Shown in pieces: positions 35,787 through 45,382 of a stretch of 64,000 nt of DNA. The stretch is from a virus: positions 7,000-70,999 of IMG/VR virus record IMGVR_UViG_3300045241_000083; one strand, given 5' to 3'. Position numbers and translations under genes: made by a program. The notes under the pieces are model-generated. The model made no database searches. It was not told the origin of the DNA and was given only the letters and a program-made list of their open reading frames with translations. Position 1 is the first letter of the stretch. Each line of letters opens with the position of its first letter.

Positions 35787-36743
35787 CTAAGTTCCCGGGC
35801 TGGCATATATGCCACGTCCGTCCGAAGCACCCCACGCGAAGCGCTCGGTGGCGACGTATAGATAGGACTGCACGTTGAGAATCCAGTCGCTATCGACCAC
35901 CACGTCGCTGCGCTTGTACCATTCGAGGTGATGCTTCTTGCCGAGGATCATCCAGCCGTTGTAGGCAGGTGTGGTGTACGTACCGCCCACGGAGCCGCTG
36001 ACCTGCCAGTATGGCCACTCGATGATCGACACGCCGTCCCTAGCAGCGGTGTTGGACTGATTGTCCGCCGTCCCTCGCTCCTTCGGGTCGTTGAATATCT
36101 GGTACGCGACCTGATGAAGGTTCGGGTTGATTACGCACACGTCCGGCGCGTTGTCCATGTAGGCGTAGTTGTTCGGCGCGGGCTGCTGAACGAGGTTAGC
36201 CCTGGCCGCCTGGTACGCCGCGATGGAGAGGTCAATGTCCACCGACGGGCGGTTCGAGTACGTATACGCGGCATTCTGCTTGGAGATCGGGTGTGCCGTG
36301 TTCGCAAGCGAAAGGCCGTCGATCATGCCTGGCACCTGCGTGGCGCTGGTGAAGCCGTAGAGCTTGAACCAGTTGGCCGCGAGCCGCTCCTTCAGCGTGC
36401 GGAAGGATTCGGCGAGAGCCCCGCCGCGCTGTGGGAGAACGCGGTGGATGATCCCGTACAGGTCGTCATCCACGTCCTCTTTAAAGATCGTGTCTCCGAG
36501 GGCGTAGTTGGCGACCACGTACTGCTTGCTGTACGAGTCGATGAAGGTCCCGAGCTGGACAGGCTCGCCGCCCAGCCGGTGGGCCGGAGCGCCGTACGTC
36601 TGCCACTGCTGGACCTGAATGTAACGCATATCCGTGTCCTGGACACGGAATATCTGGTCGTACTTCGAAGGCACCGCGTCGATTTCAACGTAGAGGTGCT
36701 CCTTGATTCCCTTTATGAATAAAGGTATGAGCTGAGCAGAGAT
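35787..36743 (-). CDS. major capsid protein (HK97 fold), probable ATC start
   Basis: YDQIF...YALG..I..ED.DDDLY...LAESFR.LKE..AAN...DGLSLANTAHP...I.PNL...A.QI......GTADN..N...ERFA.G.SD.RGIYASPG; the frame stays open upstream to a strong SD. Confidence 0.8.
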   Translation of the reverse strand: MSAQLIPLFIKGIKEHLYVEIDAVPSKYDQIFRVQDTDMRYIQVQQWQTYGAPAHRLGGEPVQLGTFIDSYSKQYVVANYALGDTIFKEDVDDDLYGIIHRVLPQRGGALAESFRTLKERLAANWFKLYGFTSATQVPGMIDGLSLANTAHPISKQNAAYTYSNRPSVDIDLSIAAYQAARANLVQQPAPNNYAYMDNAPDVCVINPNLHQVAYQIFNDPKERGTADNQSNTAARDGVSIIEWPYWQVSGSVGGTYTTPAYNGWMILGKKHHLEWYKRSDVVVDSDWILNVQSYLYVATERFAWGASDGRGIYASPGT

Positions 36744-36761
36744 GACTTTACCCTCCTTCCT

Positions 36762-37850
36762 CTAGTTGGCCGAATACGGTATGCCGGTTGAGAATTGATC
36801 GTAACCCGGCAGGAACTTGAAGTAGACCTTCTGGTTCAGCGGGTCCGTCTCATCGAGAGCAGTAATCTCCAGACACGCCGCCCCGCCTGTCAACGAGGTA
36901 TCGACAAGGTAGGTGTTGGAGTAGGGCACAGCGCCCGTGTTGTTTACGACGATGCCTGCCTGCGCACCGATGAGGCCGAGAACTCCCACGTGCGCGCCGC
37001 CGCCGGATTGGTTGAGCCGCCCCTTGAACAGGTTCGCGTTGCCGGCCAGCGCCACATTGAGACGACTGTGGACGATGGAGTTGGTCACGGGGTCCACCAG
37101 AGGAGGATAGCTCGTCGCCACGGATGGGAGCGAGTAGATGGCTGGCGTAATGGGCGACACGCCTGCCGGAACAACCCGGATGACCGCAAGCCCATTCACG
37201 TCAGTCGCCGCGTCCCAGATAGATACGCCGAGGACGCCCGCGATGCCGCCGGTCGTGTTGCCGGTCGGAGGAGTCGGCTCGGTGTTGAGCGGTACGTCCT
37301 GGATGACGAAGTTGACGCCGCCGCCGATAGTTCCGGAAACGAGGTAGAACGGCCCGGTGTTAGCGCCGTCCGGCAGCCCCGCATAGACCTTGTAGCCGAT
37401 CGCGCCCGCGGGAATGGTCGGAGCGGTGACCACGATGGAGTCCGTGGCCGAGGCCGTGGTGACCTGGTTCGAGACGGCACTTGCAACCGTTTCACCCGTC
37501 GGAGAGACGAATGTCACGACCGCGTAGTACGTGTGACCGGATGGCAGCACGCCGCCAGTAGCCACCTTTGTGATCGTTGGAGCGGACGGCGCGGCGAGCG
37601 CGGCGCTACCGTAGAGGGCCGTCGCGTCAGCCTGAAGCAGCGGGCGGACGTTCTTGACAAGCGGAGAGACTGACGGGTCGTTAGGCCCGCGATAGGTGGA
37701 GTTCGTGGTCTGAACCACGAAGTCACCCGCGAATATCATCGGTTTCGTAGAAGCCGATCCGTCCAGGTTCGCGCCCAGAGGGAAGTTGCTCCCTTGAATG
37801 ACCGGATTGCCGCGGGTGACAAGGTTTCCTACGACTTCGATCCCTGGCAT
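36762..37850 (-). CDS. capsid decoration/cement-like protein with Ig/FN3-like insertion
   Basis: IFAGDFV...GVLGV core split by LAAPSAPT...GG.L....YY..VT.....GET..S......GA.GYKVY module. Confidence 0.6.
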   Translation of the reverse strand: MPGIEVVGNLVTRGNPVIQGSNFPLGANLDGSASTKPMIFAGDFVVQTTNSTYRGPNDPSVSPLVKNVRPLLQADATALYGSAALAAPSAPTITKVATGGVLPSGHTYYAVVTFVSPTGETVASAVSNQVTTASATDSIVVTAPTIPAGAIGYKVYAGLPDGANTGPFYLVSGTIGGGVNFVIQDVPLNTEPTPPTGNTTGGIAGVLGVSIWDAATDVNGLAVIRVVPAGVSPITPAIYSLPSVATSYPPLVDPVTNSIVHSRLNVALAGNANLFKGRLNQSGGGAHVGVLGLIGAQAGIVVNNTGAVPYSNTYLVDTSLTGGAACLEITALDETDPLNQKVYFKFLPGYDQFSTGIPYSAN

Positions 37851-38011
37851 GAATTACAACCTCCGGGTTAGGGATGGGCGTTGGCCCGTTGGATCGCCTG
37901 CACCGCACGGTTGCGGGTCAGAGGCCCTCCGGCTGTTACTTATGATCTAAGCCGGAGCAGGCAACCCGTCTTCCTGATCGAAGGTTGGCGGGAACGAAAG
38001 AAAGTTATGTG
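37851..38011 (-). promoter_or_regulatory. structured leader upstream of capsid genes
   Basis: 160-bp intergenic region; ATAACTT box then nested stems (CTCCGGCT/AGCCGGAG, GCCTGC/GCAGGC). Confidence 0.4.
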
Positions 38012-38887
38012 TTACTCGCGCCGTCCGGCGTCCGCGACGCTTCTGGCGGCTTCCTGCCGGATCGCGGCGGTCTGCGCGGTGCGATTCTCGTAGAGCCTGC
38101 CGTTGGCGTCGCGTGGCATGTTAGCTCCAGTTCCGGCGAAGACTCGGCGCTGCTTCTCGATGGCGAGCCTTGTGGTCTTGCCACTTGCGATGGCACGAGC
38201 ATCTGTTATCTTCTGCTGGTACTCCTCGGTCATCCTGACGACCTGGCCAGGACGCCGGTACTGCGCCTCCATCAGATCGACTTCGGGAGTTCCCTTGCGC
38301 CCGTAGAGCGATGCGGCGGCTTCGTACGCCATTCCGTGCGTAGGCGAACCTGGCCCGATCATGCCTGACTGTTCGAGGTCCTGGCGGGTCCGCTCGCTGT
38401 TCTCGTACATCGCGTCGTTGGACGCCTGCACGCCACGGAAGTCGCCCATCTTCTCACCGGTCAGCTCGCGCAGGGCGTCGGCTTCCTGTCGCTTCCGCGC
38501 CGCGTCAGCCGCCTCTTTGGGCACCGCTGCAAGGATGAGGTCCTCGGCGCAGTGAACGAACGAGCCGTCTTCGTTCTTGATAATTCGACCACCCCGGTTG
38601 TTAGTGAGGAACGAGCGGACAGGATCACCCGCCGCCTTGTTCGCCCAGAAGTGCGGGCTGCGAATCCACTTCATCTCTTCGTCGGGACCGATCTTGTACG
38701 TCTCGCGGTCCTCGTCGCGAATGGTGAAGCAGTCGTCGCCAGGGGGCCTGCGCTCGTTGGTGTCGCCGTCAGCCAGGAGCGGAACGTCGCTGTGCGCTGG
38801 CCGATGCCCCTCAGCCAGGTATTCCTTTGCGGCTTCCGTGTCCTTGTGGAGCGGCTGGCCCTTCACTTCTTCGCGTACGGTCGGCAT
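38012..38887 (-). CDS. hypothetical head-module protein
   Basis: AGGAG SD; between scaffold and capsid genes. Confidence 0.65.
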   Translation of the reverse strand: MPTVREEVKGQPLHKDTEAAKEYLAEGHRPAHSDVPLLADGDTNERRPPGDDCFTIRDEDRETYKIGPDEEMKWIRSPHFWANKAAGDPVRSFLTNNRGGRIIKNEDGSFVHCAEDLILAAVPKEAADAARKRQEADALRELTGEKMGDFRGVQASNDAMYENSERTRQDLEQSGMIGPGSPTHGMAYEAAASLYGRKGTPEVDLMEAQYRRPGQVVRMTEEYQQKITDARAIASGKTTRLAIEKQRRVFAGTGANMPRDANGRLYENRTAQTAAIRQEAARSVADAGRRE

Positions 38888-38904
38888 TGCTATCTCCTGC
38901 TAAC

Positions 38905-39008
38905 GCAAAAAGCCCGGCTCCGACCGGTATCCGTAATGGATGCCAGTGAGAACCGGGCTTCATTGATGCTTCGATGAGTCCCGAAAGATTCGGTTATTTG
39001 ATGGCTAC
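38905..39008 (-). promoter_or_regulatory. late-block leader element 3
   Basis: Minus strand: ATAACCGAAT-GGGACTC-hairpin-GAAGCCCGG...CCGGGCTTTTT. Confidence 0.65.
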
Positions 39009-39015
39009 TTGACGG

Positions 39016-39210
39016 CTATCTCGTTATGCGCTCTCCGCAGTGCGGGCAGTTCTTGTGCGACGGCCGGCCAGCGTACTTGTCGATCCCCGCGCTCATGTGC
39101 CCTAACCCCGCCTTAAAGCTGTCGAGCAACTGTAAGAGTTGCGGGTCAATCGGCGTCGTAGACGATGCTGGCAGAGACGGCAGCCGCTCTGATGGACCAT
39201 TCTTGCTCAT
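39016..39210 (-). CDS. small protein with C-terminal CPHCG
   Basis: ORF directly before the leader element. Confidence 0.45.
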   Translation of the reverse strand: MSKNGPSERLPSLPASSTTPIDPQLLQLLDSFKAGLGHMSAGIDKYAGRPSHKNCPHCGERITR

Positions 39211-39233
39211 CGCTACTTCAGCAGCCACGCCAC

Positions 39234-39458
39234 CTACCCCTTCAGGCCCTTCCACGCTACATCTCCTGCCTTGCGCTGAGCGGGTCCGTAGTTCGTGTTC
39301 ATCGTCGGCGGCGCGGCTCCGGGCGTACCGAGATCGGGCGTCATCATCGTATTCGGCGGTGTCGATGGCGTCGGAGGAGCAGCCGGGCCTCTCGGCGCTT
39401 GCGGCGCGGGCTGCTTCGTCGGCTTCCCGTGGCTCATTCTAGCGGGCGGCTTGCGCAT
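39234..39458 (-). CDS. small Pro-rich protein
   Basis: AGGAG SD. Confidence 0.5.
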   Translation of the reverse strand: MRKPPARMSHGKPTKQPAPQAPRGPAAPPTPSTPPNTMMTPDLGTPGAAPPTMNTNYGPAQRKAGDVAWKGLKG

Positions 39459-39467
39459 TGTCAACTC

Positions 39468-40301
39468 CTACCCTTCCCGATCAGGAATCGATCCAGCCGG
39501 GATACCGTACATCTTCTCCAAGTCGTTGAGCGCGGAACCGTTCCCCTGGGTCCGTCCGGCAGGCACCGCGCGTGTCGCCGCGCCCCTCGGATTCACCGAT
39601 CCAGCGCCGGGCATTCGCTGCGCCGGAGGAACCACTGCGGGCGCTGCTGCGGGCGCGAAGGTCCCATCGGCGTTACGAACGCGCGTATCCGCTGGAGCGG
39701 GCGGCTCTGCCGGTGCGTCGCCGCGTGCTGCCTTGAGGCGTGCGAGCTGCTTCTCCATCGCGGACACCGGGTCGTCGCTCTCGGCGATCTCAGCGGCGAT
39801 AGCGGCCTTGCGCGCCCACTGCGCGGCCTGCTGGTTGCCTCGATGCTCCGGCGCGAGGTTGGCGAGCAGTACACGTTCACGTGCGGCCATACGCTGATCG
39901 TCGTTCTCGGCACGGTAGAAGTCTTCCTGCGCGCGAGTCCGCTCGAAACGCTGCTGAATCTGGACCTGCATGTTCACAAACCGGTCGATTGCGGCTTCCG
40001 GGTTCGTGATAAGCTCGTCGGCGATGGCGCGCTTCTCGTCGTCCGTGATGTACTGGACGGGCGCGGGCGGCTGGTAGGGCTGCTGAGTGCGCTGCTCTGG
40101 CTGAGGCTGCTGTGGCTGGTCTTGGCGGGCCTGCGGCTGCGGAGCCTGCTGAGGCGCGGGAGGTGCTGGCGCGGCGGGAGGCGCCTGTGCGGGTTCGCCT
40201 GTACCTTCATCCACCGCGGGTTGCTCGATAAGGTTGCCCCACTCGTCGTACTGGTCTTCGGATGTTTCGCCTGTCGTGGGGTCTACGAACTCTTGAGACA
40301 T
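39468..40301 (-). CDS. putative scaffolding protein
   Basis: Acidic, Pro/Gln-rich N-terminus, NPEAAI helical core, low-complexity tail; between portal and capsid. Confidence 0.6.
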   Translation of the reverse strand: MSQEFVDPTTGETSEDQYDEWGNLIEQPAVDEGTGEPAQAPPAAPAPPAPQQAPQPQARQDQPQQPQPEQRTQQPYQPPAPVQYITDDEKRAIADELITNPEAAIDRFVNMQVQIQQRFERTRAQEDFYRAENDDQRMAARERVLLANLAPEHRGNQQAAQWARKAAIAAEIAESDDPVSAMEKQLARLKAARGDAPAEPPAPADTRVRNADGTFAPAAAPAVVPPAQRMPGAGSVNPRGAATRAVPAGRTQGNGSALNDLEKMYGIPAGSIPDREG

Positions 40302-40305
40302 TCGG

Positions 40306-40662
40306 TTAGCTCCTACTCTCGCTCGGCCTGTTGCCCATCATGCGGGATACGATGTTCCGATATGCCGCTTCCAACACGTTCACGCCTCTGCCCTGGCTAA
40401 GATCGGTCGCGACATCCTCATCGCCGGCTTCGAGGTGATTCTGCACAGTGCGCTGCATCTCCTCTATCGCGTCCATCGGGCGCTCGATAAGATCGGTGAA
40501 CCACGCGGCCCGGTCAAGGGCTTCGTCGCGGATCGCGGGGTTCTTACGGTGCTTCTCGGCAACCTCGCGCCACTGGTCCCGCAGGACCGTCATGAAGCGA
40601 GTATACTCCTGAAACGCGGGCGATGCAACAAACGCCGAATATCGCGGTTCTTCATTCAGCAT
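40306..40662 (-). CDS. small helical protein downstream of the portal
   Basis: Packed ORF. Confidence 0.6.
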   Translation of the reverse strand: MLNEEPRYSAFVASPAFQEYTRFMTVLRDQWREVAEKHRKNPAIRDEALDRAAWFTDLIERPMDAIEEMQRTVQNHLEAGDEDVATDLSQGRGVNVLEAAYRNIVSRMMGNRPSESRS

Positions 40663-41044
40663 TCACGTCCTCGTCCTTGTCCTCTGTCACGTATCCATCC
40701 ACGACCTTGACGTGTTGCGGGAAGACGTACTCCCAGTCCACCATTGAGGTGTTTGGGCGTCTCTCATCGGATAGCAGCCATCCGAAACCTGCGCGGCCCT
40801 CCAGAGTAGAATCGGAGCATAAACTGACAGGACACGCTTTGTATCCGCGAGCCACGGAAAAAGCATACAGGATGCGCTTGGCGGTTTCCACAGTCAAAGG
40901 GCTGACGTAGAGATACTTCGCTGTCGCGCCCTCCTCCTTCAGCCGGGCGAACCCGTAGCTGAGGGCAGAGTCCGAGAGATCGACCGCCACGCTCAGGCCG
41001 TGCACGGGTCCGCCTTGCCAGCCGCGTTCAACTCCCACAGTCAT
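40652..41044 (-). CDS. hypothetical protein
   Basis: Coupled ORF. Confidence 0.5.
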   Translation of the reverse strand: MTVGVERGWQGGPVHGLSVAVDLSDSALSYGFARLKEEGATAKYLYVSPLTVETAKRILYAFSVARGYKACPVSLCSDSTLEGRAGFGWLLSDERRPNTSMVDWEYVFPQHVKVVDGYVTEDKDEDVNAE

Positions 41045-41649
41045 TTGACTCGCTTCCCCGCCATGATCTTCTTCGCGATTGCAGCATCCGCGCGCTTGTC
41101 TGCTGGAGTTCCCTCACCGAGCCGCTTATCGTGCCGAGCGTCCGCCTGAGTGGTTTCGACCTTCTTCAGCGCCGCCTTCATGCTCATCTTCGGAGCAGTC
41201 TTCTTCGCTGCCATCTCTTTCGCCTCCCTCCTTGCCATCGCTCTTGTCCACAGGAACGCTTTGGTTAATGTCGTCACTACTCGTTCTTCAGCGTTTCTGC
41301 CGACCGCGATCCGTTCCTGCGATACATCCTCCGGCGACCACTCTCGCATCTCACGAACCAGGATGTGCATCAACTCGTGAATGATTGTGCTTTCGAGCTT
41401 TTCGTCTGAGAAGTCCATCAGCACCGGCATGTTGAACGTCACAGTGGCTGTCATGTATTGCCATTGGGCCGACGCACAAGCCGCACAGTCCCATGTTGCG
41501 CCATTCTCCTCCCGGGGTGGGTTTACGTCCTTACCGTCTCGTGAGTAGTCCAGGTTGACAGTCCACCACTTCAGCCCAAGACATTCCAACCACGGCAACG
41601 CTATACTACGGATGCGCTTGCGGAGCTTGTTGAACTCCTTACCGGTCAC
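41041..41649 (-). CDS. HExxH zinc-metallopeptidase-like protein
   Basis: LESTIIHELMHILV...EERVV. Confidence 0.65.
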   Translation of the reverse strand: MTGKEFNKLRKRIRSIALPWLECLGLKWWTVNLDYSRDGKDVNPPREENGATWDCAACASAQWQYMTATVTFNMPVLMDFSDEKLESTIIHELMHILVREMREWSPEDVSQERIAVGRNAEERVVTTLTKAFLWTRAMARREAKEMAAKKTAPKMSMKAALKKVETTQADARHDKRLGEGTPADKRADAAIAKKIMAGKRVK

Positions 41650-43838
41650 TGACCGACCCCGTTCATCAGTCCTCCTGGCGCGCCGCTCGATGTCTGATTC
41701 AGGCTCCTGAACGGCGACGCGATGAATCCGCTTGGGCCGACATTTACACTTAACATATCGTGAGGATTGGCCGCGATACCGAATGGCAGACCGCCTCCGC
41801 CCGCTCCGTTGCCCATACCACCGCCCATACCGTTCGCTTGCTGGTCCTGATTTCCCTGCTGCGCCGCCGCTTGCTGGCCTTCCTGCATAGCGTTCTGGAC
41901 GATCTGCGTCAACGCCTGCGCGATCTGAGCGGCCATCGGGTTCGCCTGCGCCTGCTTCTGAAGGGTCTGGATGAGCTGGCCGATAGCCTGCACCGCCTTC
42001 TGCATGATGAACGCGGGATCGGGTCCGGGCGGCGGCTCCGGACCAATCGTGCCCGTGACGTTACGCTCGTTGTTCACTTCGAGGAACCGGCGCAAGAGGT
42101 TCCATGCCATCGTCATGTCGCCCGCCTGCACCTGCTGTGCGAAGAGCGGCGAACTCATCACAGCCTGCATGATCGCCTGCCACTTCGCGATTCGGACGGT
42201 CGGGTTCCCGTTCTCGCTGTTGGCGTGCGGGATGTACCTATACCGCCTTCGCAGGTCCTGCGGTGTGACCTTGACGGCGTTCGCCTCGCCAACCCTGACT
42301 AGCGTGCCATTCTCGTCGGCGTGTTGCGCGGCAATGCTCATCGTGAGGACGGCCAAATCCTCCAGCCCTTGCGTGAAGTTACTGAAGTACAGATCGAACT
42401 TGCTGCTGATGTTCTGCTGGTCGGCCTGTATCTCACCGGTTTTGCGGACCTTCGGCTGCAACTGCAGGCTCTGACCGGCGACCATGTTCGCCGCGCGGGT
42501 GTTAAGCGCGTTACCGAGCTCTAGCGAGGTTCCCATCGCCGCCACGTCGTTCGGGATCGGTTCCGGCTTCAGTCCGCCGGCCATGTCGATGTCGATGACG
42601 CAGCCTGGATACCGCTTCAGCCGCCCAAAGTCGCGCTTCTGCGTCTTATCGACGAACCAGCCCGGCGTCGCGCCCCACGTAGCGGAGTTGATTCCCCATC
42701 GCATCAGCACCGTCAGTTCTTCCTGGATAGGCTTCAGGAGCGACGGTACGCACTCACCCTGCTGTCTCCGCGGCGTCTTGAGCATGTGGAACGGCACGTA
42801 CGGACGCATCTCGTAGGGGAGCTGCGCGAACTTGAACACGCAACCCTGGCCGTTCTTGCCCTTGGCGCGCGGGCAGACCATCCACACGAAATCGACGTTC
42901 CACAGGTGCGGCGGCACGCGGAACTCGCCTGTCACCGGATCGAGCAGCACAGGGAGTTTGCCGATGTACTGATAGCACTCCCAATAGTCGTCCTGGTCGG
43001 GCTTCACGCCCTCGCGCTCGTCGAGATCGGTCAGCCAGTCGGCCCCGCCGTGCGAGGTCGCCCCGCCGTCGAGCATGTCCGTAATGGCGTCGTAGTCGTA
43101 GCCGTACGCCTCGATGCCCAAGAGCAGGTCGTGCGATGTTTGATTCATCCGCTCGATCATGCCAGCCGATTCCTGGTGGCTCGGCGCGTTCGGCGGATCG
43201 AGGTACACGTCGCGGGGGTCCGGCACGCGGTACTCGATGCCCTCGTAGACGACCGACTCGGTAAGCAGTGTCACCTGCTTCTCGTTGCCGAGGCGCTCGT
43301 AGTCGGCGACGGGCTTCCCCTTAGCATCCACCCAACCAGTCGAAAACTCGGTTGTGTACTCCTGCTTCCACCGCGCGGCCATCCACGCGACGGGGAACCG
43401 TACGGCATCGTACGCCGCGTCGTAGATGTGCTTCGGCAGCCCCCACTCGTACGGCTTGACGGTGAGATACGCCTCGACCGCCATCGCGCCCTCTTCGTCC
43501 TGTGGGTCCGTCGCCTCGACCTGCCAGTATTTGTCACCCGATCGGATGTTGGAATTGAACCCGGCGGTCACGGTCGTGTGATGCTCGCGAGTGATCGGGT
43601 CTTCGGCGAGGGATGACTGGCCGAACGGCTGGCGAGTGGCGCTGTAGCCTCTGCCGCGAAGCTGGTTGTCCATCTCTGTGAACCAGTCGTTGCGGTCCCG
43701 GCAGGCTTCGACGCAAGCGCGTACGCGGTTCAGGATGTACTTCTCAACATCTTCGCGTATGTCGGCTGGGAGTGTGACCTTCGGATCAGCGAGGGCGGCG
43801 CGGGTATTGGAGGCGGTTGGCAGCGCGGTTAGTGGCAA
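41646..43838 (-). CDS. portal protein (P22/T7-like)
   Basis: 730 aa; VPDPRDVYLDP, RPYVPF......G.....LKPIQEELT, KTGEIQ; Gln-rich C-terminus; position after terminase. Confidence 0.85.
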   Translation of the reverse strand: MPLTALPTASNTRAALADPKVTLPADIREDVEKYILNRVRACVEACRDRNDWFTEMDNQLRGRGYSATRQPFGQSSLAEDPITREHHTTVTAGFNSNIRSGDKYWQVEATDPQDEEGAMAVEAYLTVKPYEWGLPKHIYDAAYDAVRFPVAWMAARWKQEYTTEFSTGWVDAKGKPVADYERLGNEKQVTLLTESVVYEGIEYRVPDPRDVYLDPPNAPSHQESAGMIERMNQTSHDLLLGIEAYGYDYDAITDMLDGGATSHGGADWLTDLDEREGVKPDQDDYWECYQYIGKLPVLLDPVTGEFRVPPHLWNVDFVWMVCPRAKGKNGQGCVFKFAQLPYEMRPYVPFHMLKTPRRQQGECVPSLLKPIQEELTVLMRWGINSATWGATPGWFVDKTQKRDFGRLKRYPGCVIDIDMAGGLKPEPIPNDVAAMGTSLELGNALNTRAANMVAGQSLQLQPKVRKTGEIQADQQNISSKFDLYFSNFTQGLEDLAVLTMSIAAQHADENGTLVRVGEANAVKVTPQDLRRRYRYIPHANSENGNPTVRIAKWQAIMQAVMSSPLFAQQVQAGDMTMAWNLLRRFLEVNNERNVTGTIGPEPPPGPDPAFIMQKAVQAIGQLIQTLQKQAQANPMAAQIAQALTQIVQNAMQEGQQAAAQQGNQDQQANGMGGGMGNGAGGGGLPFGIAANPHDMLSVNVGPSGFIASPFRSLNQTSSGAPGGLMNGVGQ

Positions 43839-43847
43839 GATGGTTGC

Positions 43848-44030
43848 CTAGTCGGAGGGTACAGGAGCATCAGAAGGCCAATTACAGTTCGGGCAGTGAT
43901 TGAACGAATACCCGTTCTCGTTCATCTGGAAGAAGAACGTGGCGCATCGCGGGCATGACTGTTGTGTCTCGAACATGCCAGGGCGCAGTTCGCGCGTCTG
44001 TGGCTCGGCAGGTGTTTCGGTGGTTGGCAT
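43848..44030 (-). CDS. small Zn-ribbon protein
   Basis: CPRC...CPNC; GAGG SD. Confidence 0.55.
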   Translation of the reverse strand: MPTTETPAEPQTRELRPGMFETQQSCPRCATFFFQMNENGYSFNHCPNCNWPSDAPVPSD

Positions 44031-44040
44031 GGATACCTCT

Positions 44041-44158
44041 AAAGAGAGAAAGCCCGACCCAAGCGACGGTCGGTTGACAATCGCGCGGATCGGGCTTCAC
44101 TTGGACGGGCGCGGACAGTGAGTCCCAGACTATGAAGTTATGAATACGCTCGTGTCAA
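44041..44158 (-). promoter_or_regulatory. late-block leader element 4
   Basis: Minus strand: ATAACTT-GGGACTC-hairpin-GAAGCCCG...CGGGCTTTCTCTCTTT. Confidence 0.65.
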
Positions 44159-44281
44159 TCATACACCTTCTGCGGCGTTGTCGTCAACGGTACTCCAACA
44201 GACCAAATCGCGCGCGCTCGTCACCCGCAGTTTGGTTGGTAGGCTCGACGGTCGTCAACGGTGTAGGTCGGCATAGGGTTA

Positions 44282-44725
44282 TCAATCAGGCAAACGACGC
44301 TTCAACTCGGCGACCATCGCGTCCGCCTTCTTCTTCCAGCCATCTGGTTCCGTTCCGGGCTCCCAACCAAACACAACGTGTTCTTCCTGCGTCGGGGGAC
44401 CGATCACGATGCGCGTGCCATGCAACCACATCGTTCCGTCGGCTCGATGCTCCATTCCGGATTCTAGCAATCTATCCGCGAGGGCCAGGAGAAACACGCG
44501 TGGCACGGCAACCAGCACGTTCATATTGGCATCTGCGGCGATCTTACAAGCTTCCAGGAGTACTTCGCCTAACAGGAGTGCTTCGCCTTGTGTAATCCAC
44601 TGATTTCGGCTCGCCGTGATCGCATCTACGACCTCCTGCGGCGCTCCGTCGCCACGGAGGAAGGATTGCACGTGACCCTCAAACTCCTCGCGTGTATAAC
44701 CGTACCTGCGCTCTACTTGGCTCAA
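44282..44725 (-). CDS. hypothetical protein
   Basis: TTG start overlapping the upstream stop, GGAG SD. Confidence 0.5.
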   Translation of the reverse strand: MSQVERRYGYTREEFEGHVQSFLRGDGAPQEVVDAITASRNQWITQGEALLLGEVLLEACKIAADANMNVLVAVPRVFLLALADRLLESGMEHRADGTMWLHGTRIVIGPPTQEEHVVFGWEPGTEPDGWKKKADAMVAELKRRLPD

Positions 44726-45021
44726 TTCTCCATCCCCGCAGTCTTCAGCGCGGCGGCGCTCAGCATCGATACCTGCGCCTTCAGCCGGGCGTTCTCGGAC
44801 AGCAAGCGTGGTATCAGTACGCTCGTCGCGATGGTCAGCAGCACGGCCGCGAACTCCTCCTCCGGGATATCGCGCGCCGTCTCCTGCGATACCTTCCACC
44901 CTCCCGGCGACGGAGGTTGACCGGGGATGAGCACGGAGGACCTGATGACCTCCTCGATCACGATACGGCGCGGGCCGTCGTGCTTCACGGATTCGTCGGG
45001 CGGTAGGTCGGTGTCAGTCAT
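44722..45021 (-). CDS. hypothetical protein
   Basis: Packed ORF. Confidence 0.5.
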   Translation of the reverse strand: MTDTDLPPDESVKHDGPRRIVIEEVIRSSVLIPGQPPSPGGWKVSQETARDIPEEEFAAVLLTIATSVLIPRLLSENARLKAQVSMLSAAALKTAGMEN

Positions 45022-45190
45022 TGCACGCTCTCACAATCTGCCTCAACAGCGCGCCCAGCCTTGCCCTTCGTCTCGTGGAGGTAGTAAATCGAGGTCGGCT
45101 CTGCCCTGAGTAGCGTCATAAGGGCAGCGATAAGTTGCTTGCCTCGGAGATAGACCAGATTGTCCAGGAGCGACTGTCTGTAGTCTTCGG

Positions 45191-45382
45191 TCATCGCTTC
45201 TCACCTTTCGGAGTCATGTCGCGCTTCCGCTCCCAATACTTACAGGTGTCCGACCGCCTGATGACGCCTCGAACTAATTGGCAGGCACCCTGCTCGCCGT
45301 TGTCCCGGAACATCGAGCATGTGCCGCATGTGCGGGTGCTACCGGCGGCGTACATGTACTCGGCGGCCTGTTTGGATATCAC
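45191..45382 (-). CDS. small HiPIP-like four-Cys protein
   Basis: CGTCSMF...GACQLVRGVI....TCKYW spacing resembles high-potential iron-sulfur proteins. Confidence 0.5.
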   Translation of the reverse strand: MISKQAAEYMYAAGSTRTCGTCSMFRDNGEQGACQLVRGVIRRSDTCKYWERKRDMTPKGEKR

